A stretch of DNA of 13,442 nucleotides, from the NCBI GenBank assembly GCA_050178385.1, contig JBFXGD010000092.1, forward strand, positions 1 to 13,442. Direction: 5' to 3'. A program made the translations under genes and the position numbers. Source of the stretch: Calditrichaceae bacterium. Lineage in GTDB: Bacteria > Calditrichota > Calditrichia > Calditrichales > JBFXGD01. Of this stretch, positions 1 to 7,235 are shown piece by piece (the stretch's first letter is position 1; every line of letters begins with the position of its first letter). The notes below the pieces were generated by a model, which worked only from the letters and a program-made list of their open reading frames with translations, was not told the origin of the DNA and ran no database searches.

Positions 1-1
1 A

Positions 2-787
2 ACAACCGCATTTGATTTAATAGGGGCGGAATATATCCGTGATGTAAATTGTGGTGAGATGCTGGTATTTGATTCCGAAGGCATGCGGTCCTTTTCGCCT
101 TTTGAAAAGCAGACTCCCGCGCATTGTGTTTTTGAATTTGTATATTTTTCGCGGCCGGACAGTCAGATTTTTGGGGAATATGTGGATAAAACTCGCAGAA
201 AACTCGGAAAAAATCTGGCGCTCGAAAAACCGGCCGATGCTGATATTGTCATTTCAGTTCCTGACAGCAGTAATACAGCCGCTCTGGGATTCTCCGCCAG
301 AAGTGAGGCTAAGTTCGAGATTGGATTTATCCGCAATCACTATATTGGAAGAACATTTATTCATCCTTCACAGAAAAAAAGGGATTTTAACGTCCGGTTA
401 AAATTCAATATTGTAGGAGGTGTGCTAAAAGGGCGCAGGGTGGTGATCGTGGATGATTCGATTGTCCGCGGGACGACATTAAGGCAGTTAGTTCAGGCCG
501 TGAGGAATGCCGGCGCGAGAGAAGTACACGTCAGAATCAGTTCTCCGCCGATTAAGAACCCGTGTTATTACGGCATGGATTTTCCAACCTGGAAAGAACT
601 TATAGCCAGCGACAGATCTGTTGAAGAAATCAGGGAGCATCTCGGCGCGGATTCGTTGGAATACCTGTCTCTGGAAGGCATGCTTGATTCCATGCCGAAA
701 GAAAACGGACAGCATTACTGCACCGCGTGTTTCAATGGTAAATATCCTGTAGAAATAGATGATTTGGAAAGTAATAATTCTAAATGA
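2..787 (+). CDS. purF: Amidophosphoribosyltransferase, C-terminal part (5' end lies outside the window)
   Basis: Frame is open from base 2 (TTAFDLIGAEYIRDVNCGEM), so ATG 59 is internal. Motifs: CVFEFVYFSRPDS, VPDSS, RNHYIGRTFIHP, PRPP-binding VVIVDDSIVRGTT, PCYYGMD and YCTACFNGKYP. The Cys pattern matches the [4Fe-4S] (B. subtilis-type) class. Confidence 0.98.
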   Translation, partial: TTAFDLIGAEYIRDVNCGEMLVFDSEGMRSFSPFEKQTPAHCVFEFVYFSRPDSQIFGEYVDKTRRKLGKNLALEKPADADIVISVPDSSNTAALGFSARSEAKFEIGFIRNHYIGRTFIHPSQKKRDFNVRLKFNIVGGVLKGRRVVIVDDSIVRGTTLRQLVQAVRNAGAREVHVRISSPPIKNPCYYGMDFPTWKELIASDRSVEEIREHLGADSLEYLSLEGMLDSMPKENGQHYCTACFNGKYPVEIDDLESNNSK

Positions 788-1749
788 CTTTAACCGCACA
801 AAAAAAGAGTGCACTCCAAATATTTGATTATCTGTTCGTGTTGAGGCCGATGCTATTCTATCCGGGCTGGTCCACCATGCTGGCAGGATTCTTTGTCGCG
901 CGTGATGATGAGTTGTTTTTGTCGCCGGCAATGATATCAGGATTGGATCACCTTCTGGTTCTCAAACTCTTTGTGTTATTCGGGGCGGCCATGGGTGCCA
1001 GTTTTTTGCTGAATCAGTTGCAGGATATTGAAAGCGATCTGAAGAACAAAAAATTGTTCATAATTTCTGAGAATTATATCAGTAACAAAGCGGCGATTGT
1101 TGAAATCGTAGTACTGGTGGCGGTTTCCATTCTGATCTCTTTCGGGATTTCTTTTGCTGTCGGTTTGCTGGCAACGGCTTTTTTGATAGTGACCGGATAC
1201 CTGTACAATTTTCGCCCGTTTAATTTGAAGAATCATCCGTGGGGAAGTCTGGCGGCGAATTCCATGATGGGCTGGCTTGCTTTCGCGCTTGGCTGGGGAG
1301 CCGTCCGAGGACTGGATCCCGGCCTGATATTGGATTCGGTTCCGTATGTTTTTTTTAATACGGCTTTGTATTTTTTTACGACACTTCCGGATATGGATGG
1401 TGACAGACAATGCAGAAAACATACACTAGCGGTTATTTACGGTTTCGGGAAAATTCTGAACGCTGCTTTTGTACTTTACATTGTCAGTTTAGCCGTTGCT
1501 CTGATAATAATGGATTTGCAGGCCCTGATTTTTATTGTATTGTCCTTTCCCTTTTTTATTTATATGATGAAGGAGCGGACGATAGAGAGCGCAATCCGGA
1601 CAACCAAGTATGGTATTTTGTTTTTCGCGATGGCTGTATGTCTGAGGCTGCCATACTATTTTGTTATAATGCTTTCAGGGTTCTTTTTTACAAAATGGTA
1701 TTTCAAAAAACGTTTTCAATACGATTACCCAAACTTTAAAGGTAATTAA
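784..1749 (+). CDS. UbiA-superfamily intramembrane prenyltransferase, substrate unknown
   Basis: 321 aa with about 8-9 hydrophobic segments, N-terminal LRP, Asp-rich motif 1 NQLQDIESD (1012-1038), motif 2 DMDGD (1390-1404) followed by KHTLAV, and YNFRPFNLK (YxxxPxxLK). ATGA overlap with the purF stop. Confidence 0.88.
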   Translation: MTLTAQKKSALQIFDYLFVLRPMLFYPGWSTMLAGFFVARDDELFLSPAMISGLDHLLVLKLFVLFGAAMGASFLLNQLQDIESDLKNKKLFIISENYISNKAAIVEIVVLVAVSILISFGISFAVGLLATAFLIVTGYLYNFRPFNLKNHPWGSLAANSMMGWLAFALGWGAVRGLDPGLILDSVPYVFFNTALYFFTTLPDMDGDRQCRKHTLAVIYGFGKILNAAFVLYIVSLAVALIIMDLQALIFIVLSFPFFIYMMKERTIESAIRTTKYGILFFAMAVCLRLPYYFVIMLSGFFFTKWYFKKRFQYDYPNFKGN

Positions 1750-1770
1750 AATTTTAATTGAGGAAGATTG

Positions 1771-2679
1771 ATGGTTTTCGGAAAAATAAAAAACAGTCTG
1801 AAAAAAACAAGGGAAGGAACGTTCTCAAAAATTAACCGCCTGATCACCGGTAAAAAGAAAATTGATGATGATTTACTCGATGAACTGGAAGAAATACTCT
1901 TAAGCGGTGATGTTGGTGTGGATACTACAATGTTTCTTTTGGATCAAATTCGGGAACGCGTCAAAAAAGAACGTTATGAAACCACGGAAGGGCTTAATCA
2001 GATCATACGTGATGAGGTCGTGAAACTGATTGGCGTTCCGGTAAATGACATCGATTTACACAAACCGTCAGTCATACTGGTCGTGGGGGTAAACGGGACC
2101 GGAAAAACGACTTCCATTGCCAAATTAGCGCACCATTATAAAAATCAGGGTAATACTGTCCTGCTTGCCGCGGCGGATACATTCAGGGCGGCGGCCATTG
2201 AACAGCTTAAAATCTGGGGAGAGCGCATCGGATGTGATGTAATCAATCATCAGCCCAATGCCGATCCGGCCGCGGTGGTATTTGACGCAGTCGCGGCTGC
2301 CCTTGCCCGGAACGTGGACTATCTGATAATCGATACCGCGGGACGGCTCCACACAAAATCAAATCTAATGAATGAACTTGAAAAAATATACCGCGTTATT
2401 GAACGACAAATTCCAGGCGCGCCTCATGAAGTTATCCTTGTTCTTGACGCGGGAAACGGGCAAAACGCGGTGAATCAGGCGAGAGAGTTTATTAAGGTGG
2501 CCAAGGCCGATTCAATATTTCTCACTAAACTGGACGGCACAGCCAAAGGCGGAGTAGTCATCGGAATAAAAAGGGAACTGGGAATTCCTGTCAGATATAT
2601 CGGGTTAGGAGAAAAAGCCACCGATATGGAGTTATTTAATCCCGTTGAATTTGTTGAAGGATTATTTGAAAAACAATGA
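1771..2679 (+). CDS. ftsY: Signal recognition particle receptor FtsY (NG domains only, no acidic A domain)
   Basis: SRP GTPase motifs GVNGTGKTT, ADTFRAAAIEQL, DTAGRLH, TKLDGTAKGG and IGLGE. ATG 1771 is preferred over TTG 1768 because GAGG (1760-1763) lies 7 nt upstream. Confidence 0.98.
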   Translation: MVFGKIKNSLKKTREGTFSKINRLITGKKKIDDDLLDELEEILLSGDVGVDTTMFLLDQIRERVKKERYETTEGLNQIIRDEVVKLIGVPVNDIDLHKPSVILVVGVNGTGKTTSIAKLAHHYKNQGNTVLLAAADTFRAAAIEQLKIWGERIGCDVINHQPNADPAAVVFDAVAAALARNVDYLIIDTAGRLHTKSNLMNELEKIYRVIERQIPGAPHEVILVLDAGNGQNAVNQAREFIKVAKADSIFLTKLDGTAKGGVVIGIKRELGIPVRYIGLGEKATDMELFNPVEFVEGLFEKQ

Positions 2680-3986
2680 AAAAAATACATATAACCACAC
2701 TTGGATGTCCCAAAAACCTTGTGGATTCAGAAGTTTTGATGGGGCAGCTGGAAACAAATCATTATGAAATTTCCGATGAACCCGAAAATTCGGATGTCAT
2801 TATCATTAACACCTGCGGTTTTATCGAAGATGCGAAGAATGAATCGATTCAGGCCATTTTTGAAGCATTAAAGTTAAAGGAAAACGATCCCGCGAAAAAA
2901 GTATTTGTAGCCGGTTGTTTATCCCAGCGGTACCGGAAGGAAATCGAAAAGGAAATTCCGGAAGTTGACGCGATCTTTGGTACCGAAGATTATGAATCGA
3001 TTTTAAAATCATTGGGTAAGCAGCACTCGGCTCTGGACAATATATACCGCATGAGAAAATTAAGCACCCCAAGACACTACGCCTATTTAAAAATCTCTGA
3101 AGGATGTAATCATACCTGTTCCTTCTGCGCCATACCCGGTATCAGGGGAAAACATCGCAGCCGCACCATTGAGAGTCTTGTCGATGAAGCGTCAAAATTG
3201 GCCGATCGAGGCGCAAAGGAACTGATTTTGATCTCACAGGACACTTCTTACTACGGCAGAGATATTTATGGTCAACAGAAGATCGTTGAGCTTATCGAAC
3301 AATTGCAGAGAATCGACTCGCTTGAATGGATCAGGGTTTTGTACTGGTATCCGACAAATTTTCCGATCGGAGTGCTTGATTTGATGAAGAACGGCGGTAA
3401 ACTGCTTCCTTATATTGATATGCCGATCCAGCATATCAGCGAAAATATGTTGAGAAAAATGCGGAGAGGAGATACCAGGGAGTCTCTTGTCGGCTTATTT
3501 GCAAAAATCAGATCCGAAATTCCTGAAATCGCCCTGAGAACAACTATGATATTAGGACATCCGGGGGAAAAAGAAGCGGATTTTAACGAATTGAAAAATT
3601 TCGTTAAAGATATACAGTTTGACCGTCTAGGGACATTTTTGTATTCTGATGAAGACGGTACACCTGCATTTGATCTGGATGAGAAGGTTGATAAAAGGAT
3701 AGCTGAGGAACGACAGGCGGAAATTATGGAAATTCAGAGAAATATTTCACTGGAGAAAAATAATTCTTATATTAATCATAAATATAAAGTCTTAATTGAT
3801 GAAATTGATTCAACCGCCGGAATCATGACCGGCCGAACCTACCGGGATACACCGGAAATTGATAATGAAGTCATAATTACTACTGAAAATACGGATAATT
3901 TTTCTACCGGTTCATTTGTTAATGTCCTTATAAATGATGCCAGTGAATATGAACTTTACGGCCGTATATCCGTAAATAACAAGTAG
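2676..3986 (+). CDS. rimO: Ribosomal protein S12 methylthiotransferase RimO
   Basis: N-terminal TLGCPKNLVDSE, NTCGFI and AGCLSQRY; radical SAM CNHTCSFC (3105-3128) in YLKISEGC..CAIP; C-terminal TRAM region GRTYRDTPEIDN. ATGA overlap with ftsY. Confidence 0.97.
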   Translation: MKKIHITTLGCPKNLVDSEVLMGQLETNHYEISDEPENSDVIIINTCGFIEDAKNESIQAIFEALKLKENDPAKKVFVAGCLSQRYRKEIEKEIPEVDAIFGTEDYESILKSLGKQHSALDNIYRMRKLSTPRHYAYLKISEGCNHTCSFCAIPGIRGKHRSRTIESLVDEASKLADRGAKELILISQDTSYYGRDIYGQQKIVELIEQLQRIDSLEWIRVLYWYPTNFPIGVLDLMKNGGKLLPYIDMPIQHISENMLRKMRRGDTRESLVGLFAKIRSEIPEIALRTTMILGHPGEKEADFNELKNFVKDIQFDRLGTFLYSDEDGTPAFDLDEKVDKRIAEERQAEIMEIQRNISLEKNNSYINHKYKVLIDEIDSTAGIMTGRTYRDTPEIDNEVIITTENTDNFSTGSFVNVLINDASEYELYGRISVNNK

Positions 3987-4012
3987 ATAAGATAAAAATG
4001 AGGAATTCTGAT

Positions 4013-5302
4013 ATGCGGAAATTTCAATTTTTATTGATAGTCTCAATTTTAACCGGAATGTTGTTAACAAATGTATACGGGCAGTATTATGAAAAATCCA
4101 AATATAGCGGTGTCGGAATCCCATTTTTTGAAGCGGGCGTTCAAAAACAATTCAAAAAGGATCTTTCAGGTTACCGTTTGTCCATTATGGCCGAAATTCT
4201 TTATGATGATCTCACCTTTGTAAAAAGCGATACCAGCGGTTATGATGCAGATCTTGAATGGCTTGTGGCTGCGTACGACAAGGACGATAAAGTTATATTT
4301 TCACGTACGATTAATAAAAAATTCAATGTTGAAGATTATGAAGCGACAAATAATCGAAATCTCAATCTTGTAATTAAGGATGAAATTGATTTTAAACCTG
4401 GTGTTTATCAGCTTCTCATGAAGACGACTGATTTGGTCACGAATAAATCGGCTCAAAGAAAAGATGAACTTGACCTGCCCGATTATAAATCGAAGAAACT
4501 TGCAATGAGCAATATCTCATTCATGAAAAACGTGGATATGGATTCCGCGAATAAGATAGTGGATTTTATCCCGACATTTGGCGATAATTTTACGATTCGG
4601 TCAGGATCGTTCTATGTTTATTTTGATTTGTATTCCAGTGAAACGGATGTTCCGTTTGAGATCCGTTATTTCATGAAAGACGAAAAAAACAATCCTGGAA
4701 TTGATACTGTGGTGACAGGGAATATTGAGAAACTGGTGACTTCCCATTTTATAAAGTTAGACAGAAGCAGCCTTCTTAAAAATCGCTATAACCTCGAAGT
4801 AACTGTAAAAGTTCACAAAGAAGAAGCAAAAGAAATTCAGCCCTTGTCTTTTTACTGGTCAGATGTTCCATCAACCGTCGATGACATTGACCTGGCTTTG
4901 AAACAGATGACGTATATTACCAATCCGGACAGTCAGAAAGTTTATAAAAATAAAACCTTTGATGAAAAGCAGGCATTTTTTAAACAATTCTGGGAAGAAA
5001 GAGATCCAAACAAAAGTACCGCCAAAAATGAATTGATGAATGAGTATTTCAGGCGGGTAAACTATAGCGTAGAAAATTTTAGCAGATCGTTTTCAAAGGA
5101 CGGATGGCAGACGGATCGTGGCCGGATTTTGATTAAATTCGGGTTTCCGGATGATATCGAAAGGCACCCGTTCGAAATGGGAAGCAATCCCTTTGAAGTC
5201 TGGCGGTATTATTCCTTGCGAAAAACATTCCTCTTCCAGGACAGAACAGGATTCGGGGATTATTATCTGCACCCTGATTATCTTGATGTGGAATTTCAGT
5301 AA
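4013..5302 (+). CDS. GWxTD domain-containing secreted protein
   Basis: C-terminal FWEERDP..NE..NEYFRRVNY..GWQTDRGRILIKFGFPD..EVWRY..FLFQD..GFGDY (GWQTDRG at 5102-5122). Signal-peptide-like N terminus MRKFQFLLIVSILTGMLLTNVYG/Q. Start 4013 is preferred over 3998 because GAGGA (4000-4004) is 8 nt upstream. Confidence 0.9.
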   Translation: MRKFQFLLIVSILTGMLLTNVYGQYYEKSKYSGVGIPFFEAGVQKQFKKDLSGYRLSIMAEILYDDLTFVKSDTSGYDADLEWLVAAYDKDDKVIFSRTINKKFNVEDYEATNNRNLNLVIKDEIDFKPGVYQLLMKTTDLVTNKSAQRKDELDLPDYKSKKLAMSNISFMKNVDMDSANKIVDFIPTFGDNFTIRSGSFYVYFDLYSSETDVPFEIRYFMKDEKNNPGIDTVVTGNIEKLVTSHFIKLDRSSLLKNRYNLEVTVKVHKEEAKEIQPLSFYWSDVPSTVDDIDLALKQMTYITNPDSQKVYKNKTFDEKQAFFKQFWEERDPNKSTAKNELMNEYFRRVNYSVENFSRSFSKDGWQTDRGRILIKFGFPDDIERHPFEMGSNPFEVWRYYSLRKTFLFQDRTGFGDYYLHPDYLDVEFQ

Positions 5303-5411
5303 TAGCCTGAATAAGCCACTACTGAAATCACGGGATATTGATTAGACGGAAATATATCCTTGCGAAAAAAAGGTTTTTGTATGAAGGGCGGAATGGCGGT
5401 AATAAAAGGGA

Positions 5412-5438
5412 TAAAAAAAGCTGGGAATATCCAGCTCT
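5412..5438 (-). terminator. Intrinsic terminator of rpmB
   Basis: The - strand reads AGCTGG-ATATTC-CCAGCT followed by a T run, immediately after the rpmB stop (stem arms 5419-5424 and 5431-5436). Confidence 0.8.
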
Positions 5439-5439
5439 T

Positions 5440-5634
5440 CTATAGTTTAGGTTTCTCTATTTTACCTGCCTGAATACAGCTTGTGCATACTCGCATTCTT
5501 TTGACACCTTCAGCAGTCTGAACACGAATTTTCTGTAAATTTGGTAAAAAACGTCTTTTATTTCTATTATTAGCATGACTAACATTATTTCCGACCATGG
5601 GGGCCTTGCCGCATACTTCACATACCATCGACAT
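5440..5634 (-). CDS. rpmB: 50S ribosomal protein L28 (four-Cys zinc-ribbon form)
   Basis: [34 protein letters not shown]...VCTSCI, 64 aa. ATG at 5634 with SD AAAGGAG (5643-5649, - strand) 8 nt upstream. Confidence 0.98.
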   Translation of the reverse strand: MSMVCEVCGKAPMVGNNVSHANNRNKRRFLPNLQKIRVQTAEGVKRMRVCTSCIQAGKIEKPKL

Positions 5635-5670
5635 TATAATCACTCCTTTTTCATGATAAATAAAGCATTT

Positions 5671-5699
5671 AATTTAAATAAATGTTTTTGTAAAAGCAA
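5671..5699 (-). promoter_or_regulatory. Putative sigma70-type promoter for rpmB
   Basis: - strand TTGCTT (5699-5694) - 17 nt - TAAATT (5676-5671), ending 36 nt upstream of the start codon. The region is AT-rich, so a chance match is possible. Confidence 0.55.
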
Positions 5700-6002
5700 T
5701 AAATGTATGTCTTATTTTAGAAAATATGCGCAAAGATTTGTATAAAAAGTTCATCCGGAAATATTGATTATTCTTTTTTTATCCGGAATGATTTGTGTGA
5801 TAATTAGTTTTATCCAAATGAAATTGTTTTTAGACGGTAATTTACAGCGGGCACTTAAAAAATCTGCAATAATCTGTCAATTAATTCACAGAATTTTTAT
5901 ATGAATCTTTAAATATGTTGATTAAATTGTCTTTAAACTTTAATCAGATACACATTTTCTGCTTTTATTAACAGTAACATTTTAATTTTGGGGAGGTATT
6001 CA

Positions 6003-7064
6003 ATGAATTTTAAAAAAATCGGAATGCTGATTGTGGTTTTATTTATAAGCCATGCAACAGCAGGGGCGATCAGGGAAAGTAAGTCCGTCGTCACCTTCGC
6101 GGGGTTTGGTAAATACACGGTTACTTCAAATCAAACTATCGAAGGCATGCAAAAGCGTCTTGACAATGTTACGAATTTTGACGGTCAGGGGATAATGGGT
6201 GGAATGGCGGGGAAATTATTCCTGAGATCCGGTAACACAGGTGAGATTTTTAAATTAAATGAAATGAATATTTATTCGATGGATCATAAGAAAAAAGAAT
6301 ACCGGATTGCCCCGATCGAAAAAATGAAGATTGATGAGGAGAAAAGCGCAGGGAAAGCCAAAAGCGGATCGGACACAAAGGATGACACTCAAAAAAGTGA
6401 TGTCCGGGTTATTCGCAGCGAATTTAAGGTGAGTGATACCGGCGTCAAAAAGATGATCAATAATTTCTCCTGTCAGCAGTTTACGATTCTCTGGTTGACT
6501 GAATGGGAAAATATGAATACCAAAGAACGCGGAACTGACAGTTTGTTTACCGTTATATGGGCTACTCCAATGACCGGTGATCTGAATAAAATCCAGGAAG
6601 AAGAGACGGCGTTTAATATGGAGTATATGAAAAAAATTGGCCTGGACATGGATCAGGATACCCAGGAACTGCTGGGAACGCACTGGATGTCTATTTTTAA
6701 AAAAATGAACAAGGATCAAAGAGAAGAAGCAGGTGAAAACGACGCGGCAGTAGTTCGTGAAATGAGTAAGATAAAAGGGTATCCCATCGTCATTGACGGA
6801 AAATATTACACGATACGCCCTAAAACAGCGAATCAGGGCAAGGATGAGAATAAAGAACAGGAAGAAAATGCTCAGGATGTCAGTGATGTGAAGGGGATGT
6901 TCGGCGGGTTTGCAAAAAAAATAGCTAAGAAGAAGGAGTCGGCACCGGAAAACGCGCAGGAAATCCAGCCGTCGTTTTCATATTATATTGAAACCCTTAA
7001 GATAGAAATGATGCCGGCAAAGGCTGATGTCTTTTCAGTGCCTTCCAATTATAAAAAGAAATAA
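6003..7064 (+). CDS. Secreted hypothetical protein, DUF4412-like
   Basis: Strong SD GGGAGGT (5991-5997) before ATG 6003. Signal peptide MNFKKIGMLIVVLFISHATAGA. Patterns MDHKKKEY, DTGVKKMINNFSCQQF and C-terminal DVFSVPSNYKK resemble the DUF4412/GLPGLI-like group. The CDS is secure; the family is tentative. Confidence 0.65.
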   Translation: MNFKKIGMLIVVLFISHATAGAIRESKSVVTFAGFGKYTVTSNQTIEGMQKRLDNVTNFDGQGIMGGMAGKLFLRSGNTGEIFKLNEMNIYSMDHKKKEYRIAPIEKMKIDEEKSAGKAKSGSDTKDDTQKSDVRVIRSEFKVSDTGVKKMINNFSCQQFTILWLTEWENMNTKERGTDSLFTVIWATPMTGDLNKIQEEETAFNMEYMKKIGLDMDQDTQELLGTHWMSIFKKMNKDQREEAGENDAAVVREMSKIKGYPIVIDGKYYTIRPKTANQGKDENKEQEENAQDVSDVKGMFGGFAKKIAKKKESAPENAQEIQPSFSYYIETLKIEMMPAKADVFSVPSNYKKK

Positions 7065-7107
7065 AACGCAATTTACAGAAATTGATTATCGAAAAACTGT
7101 TAACTTC

Positions 7108-7141
7108 AGGGCAGAGCTCGTATGCTCTGCCTTTTTCTTTT
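7108..7141 (+). terminator. Intrinsic terminator downstream of the DUF4412-like gene
   Basis: Perfect 8-bp stem GGCAGAGC (7110-7117), loop TCGTAT, GCTCTGCC (7124-7131), followed by TTTTTCTTTT. Confidence 0.9.
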
Positions 7142-7178
7142 CTGATTTTGATCCGTGTTACCGTGATGTGAATGATGC

Positions 7179-7218
7179 TTGCCTTTTAAATGTCCAGCGG
7201 ATAAATTCATCTTATAAT
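7179..7218 (+). promoter_or_regulatory. Putative sigma70-type promoter region for dinB
   Basis: TTGCCT (7179-7184) - 17 nt - TAAATT (7202-7207), plus a perfect TATAAT at 7213-7218. It lies between a terminator and the dinB start, where a promoter is expected. Confidence 0.5.
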
Positions 7219-7235
7219 CTCGACTGAAAGGATTT

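Noticed and set aside
51..3434. Alternative-frame and antisense ORFs over purF, the ubiA-like gene, ftsY and rimO (e.g. 51-401, 488-931, 976-1422, 1410-1739)
   Set aside because: They fully overlap well-supported genes and show no recognisable motifs; typical shadow ORFs.
5303..5411. Possible tRNA/sRNA or promoter in the GWxTD-rpmB convergent gap
   Set aside because: No cloverleaf or T-loop (GTTCRA) motif; the TTGCGA...TATGAA spacing is only 14 nt.
5440..5643. ORF-track start of rpmB at 5643 (likewise 1768, 3998 and 5988 for other genes)
   Set aside because: These upstream codons overlap or sit too close to the SD motifs; the downstream ATGs have proper spacing.
5635..6002. CRISPR array, replication origin or IS end in the AT-rich intergenic region
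   Set aside because: No regularly spaced long repeats, no cluster of DnaA boxes (TTATCCAAA near 5810 is a lone imperfect match), and no cas, dnaA or transposase gene nearby.
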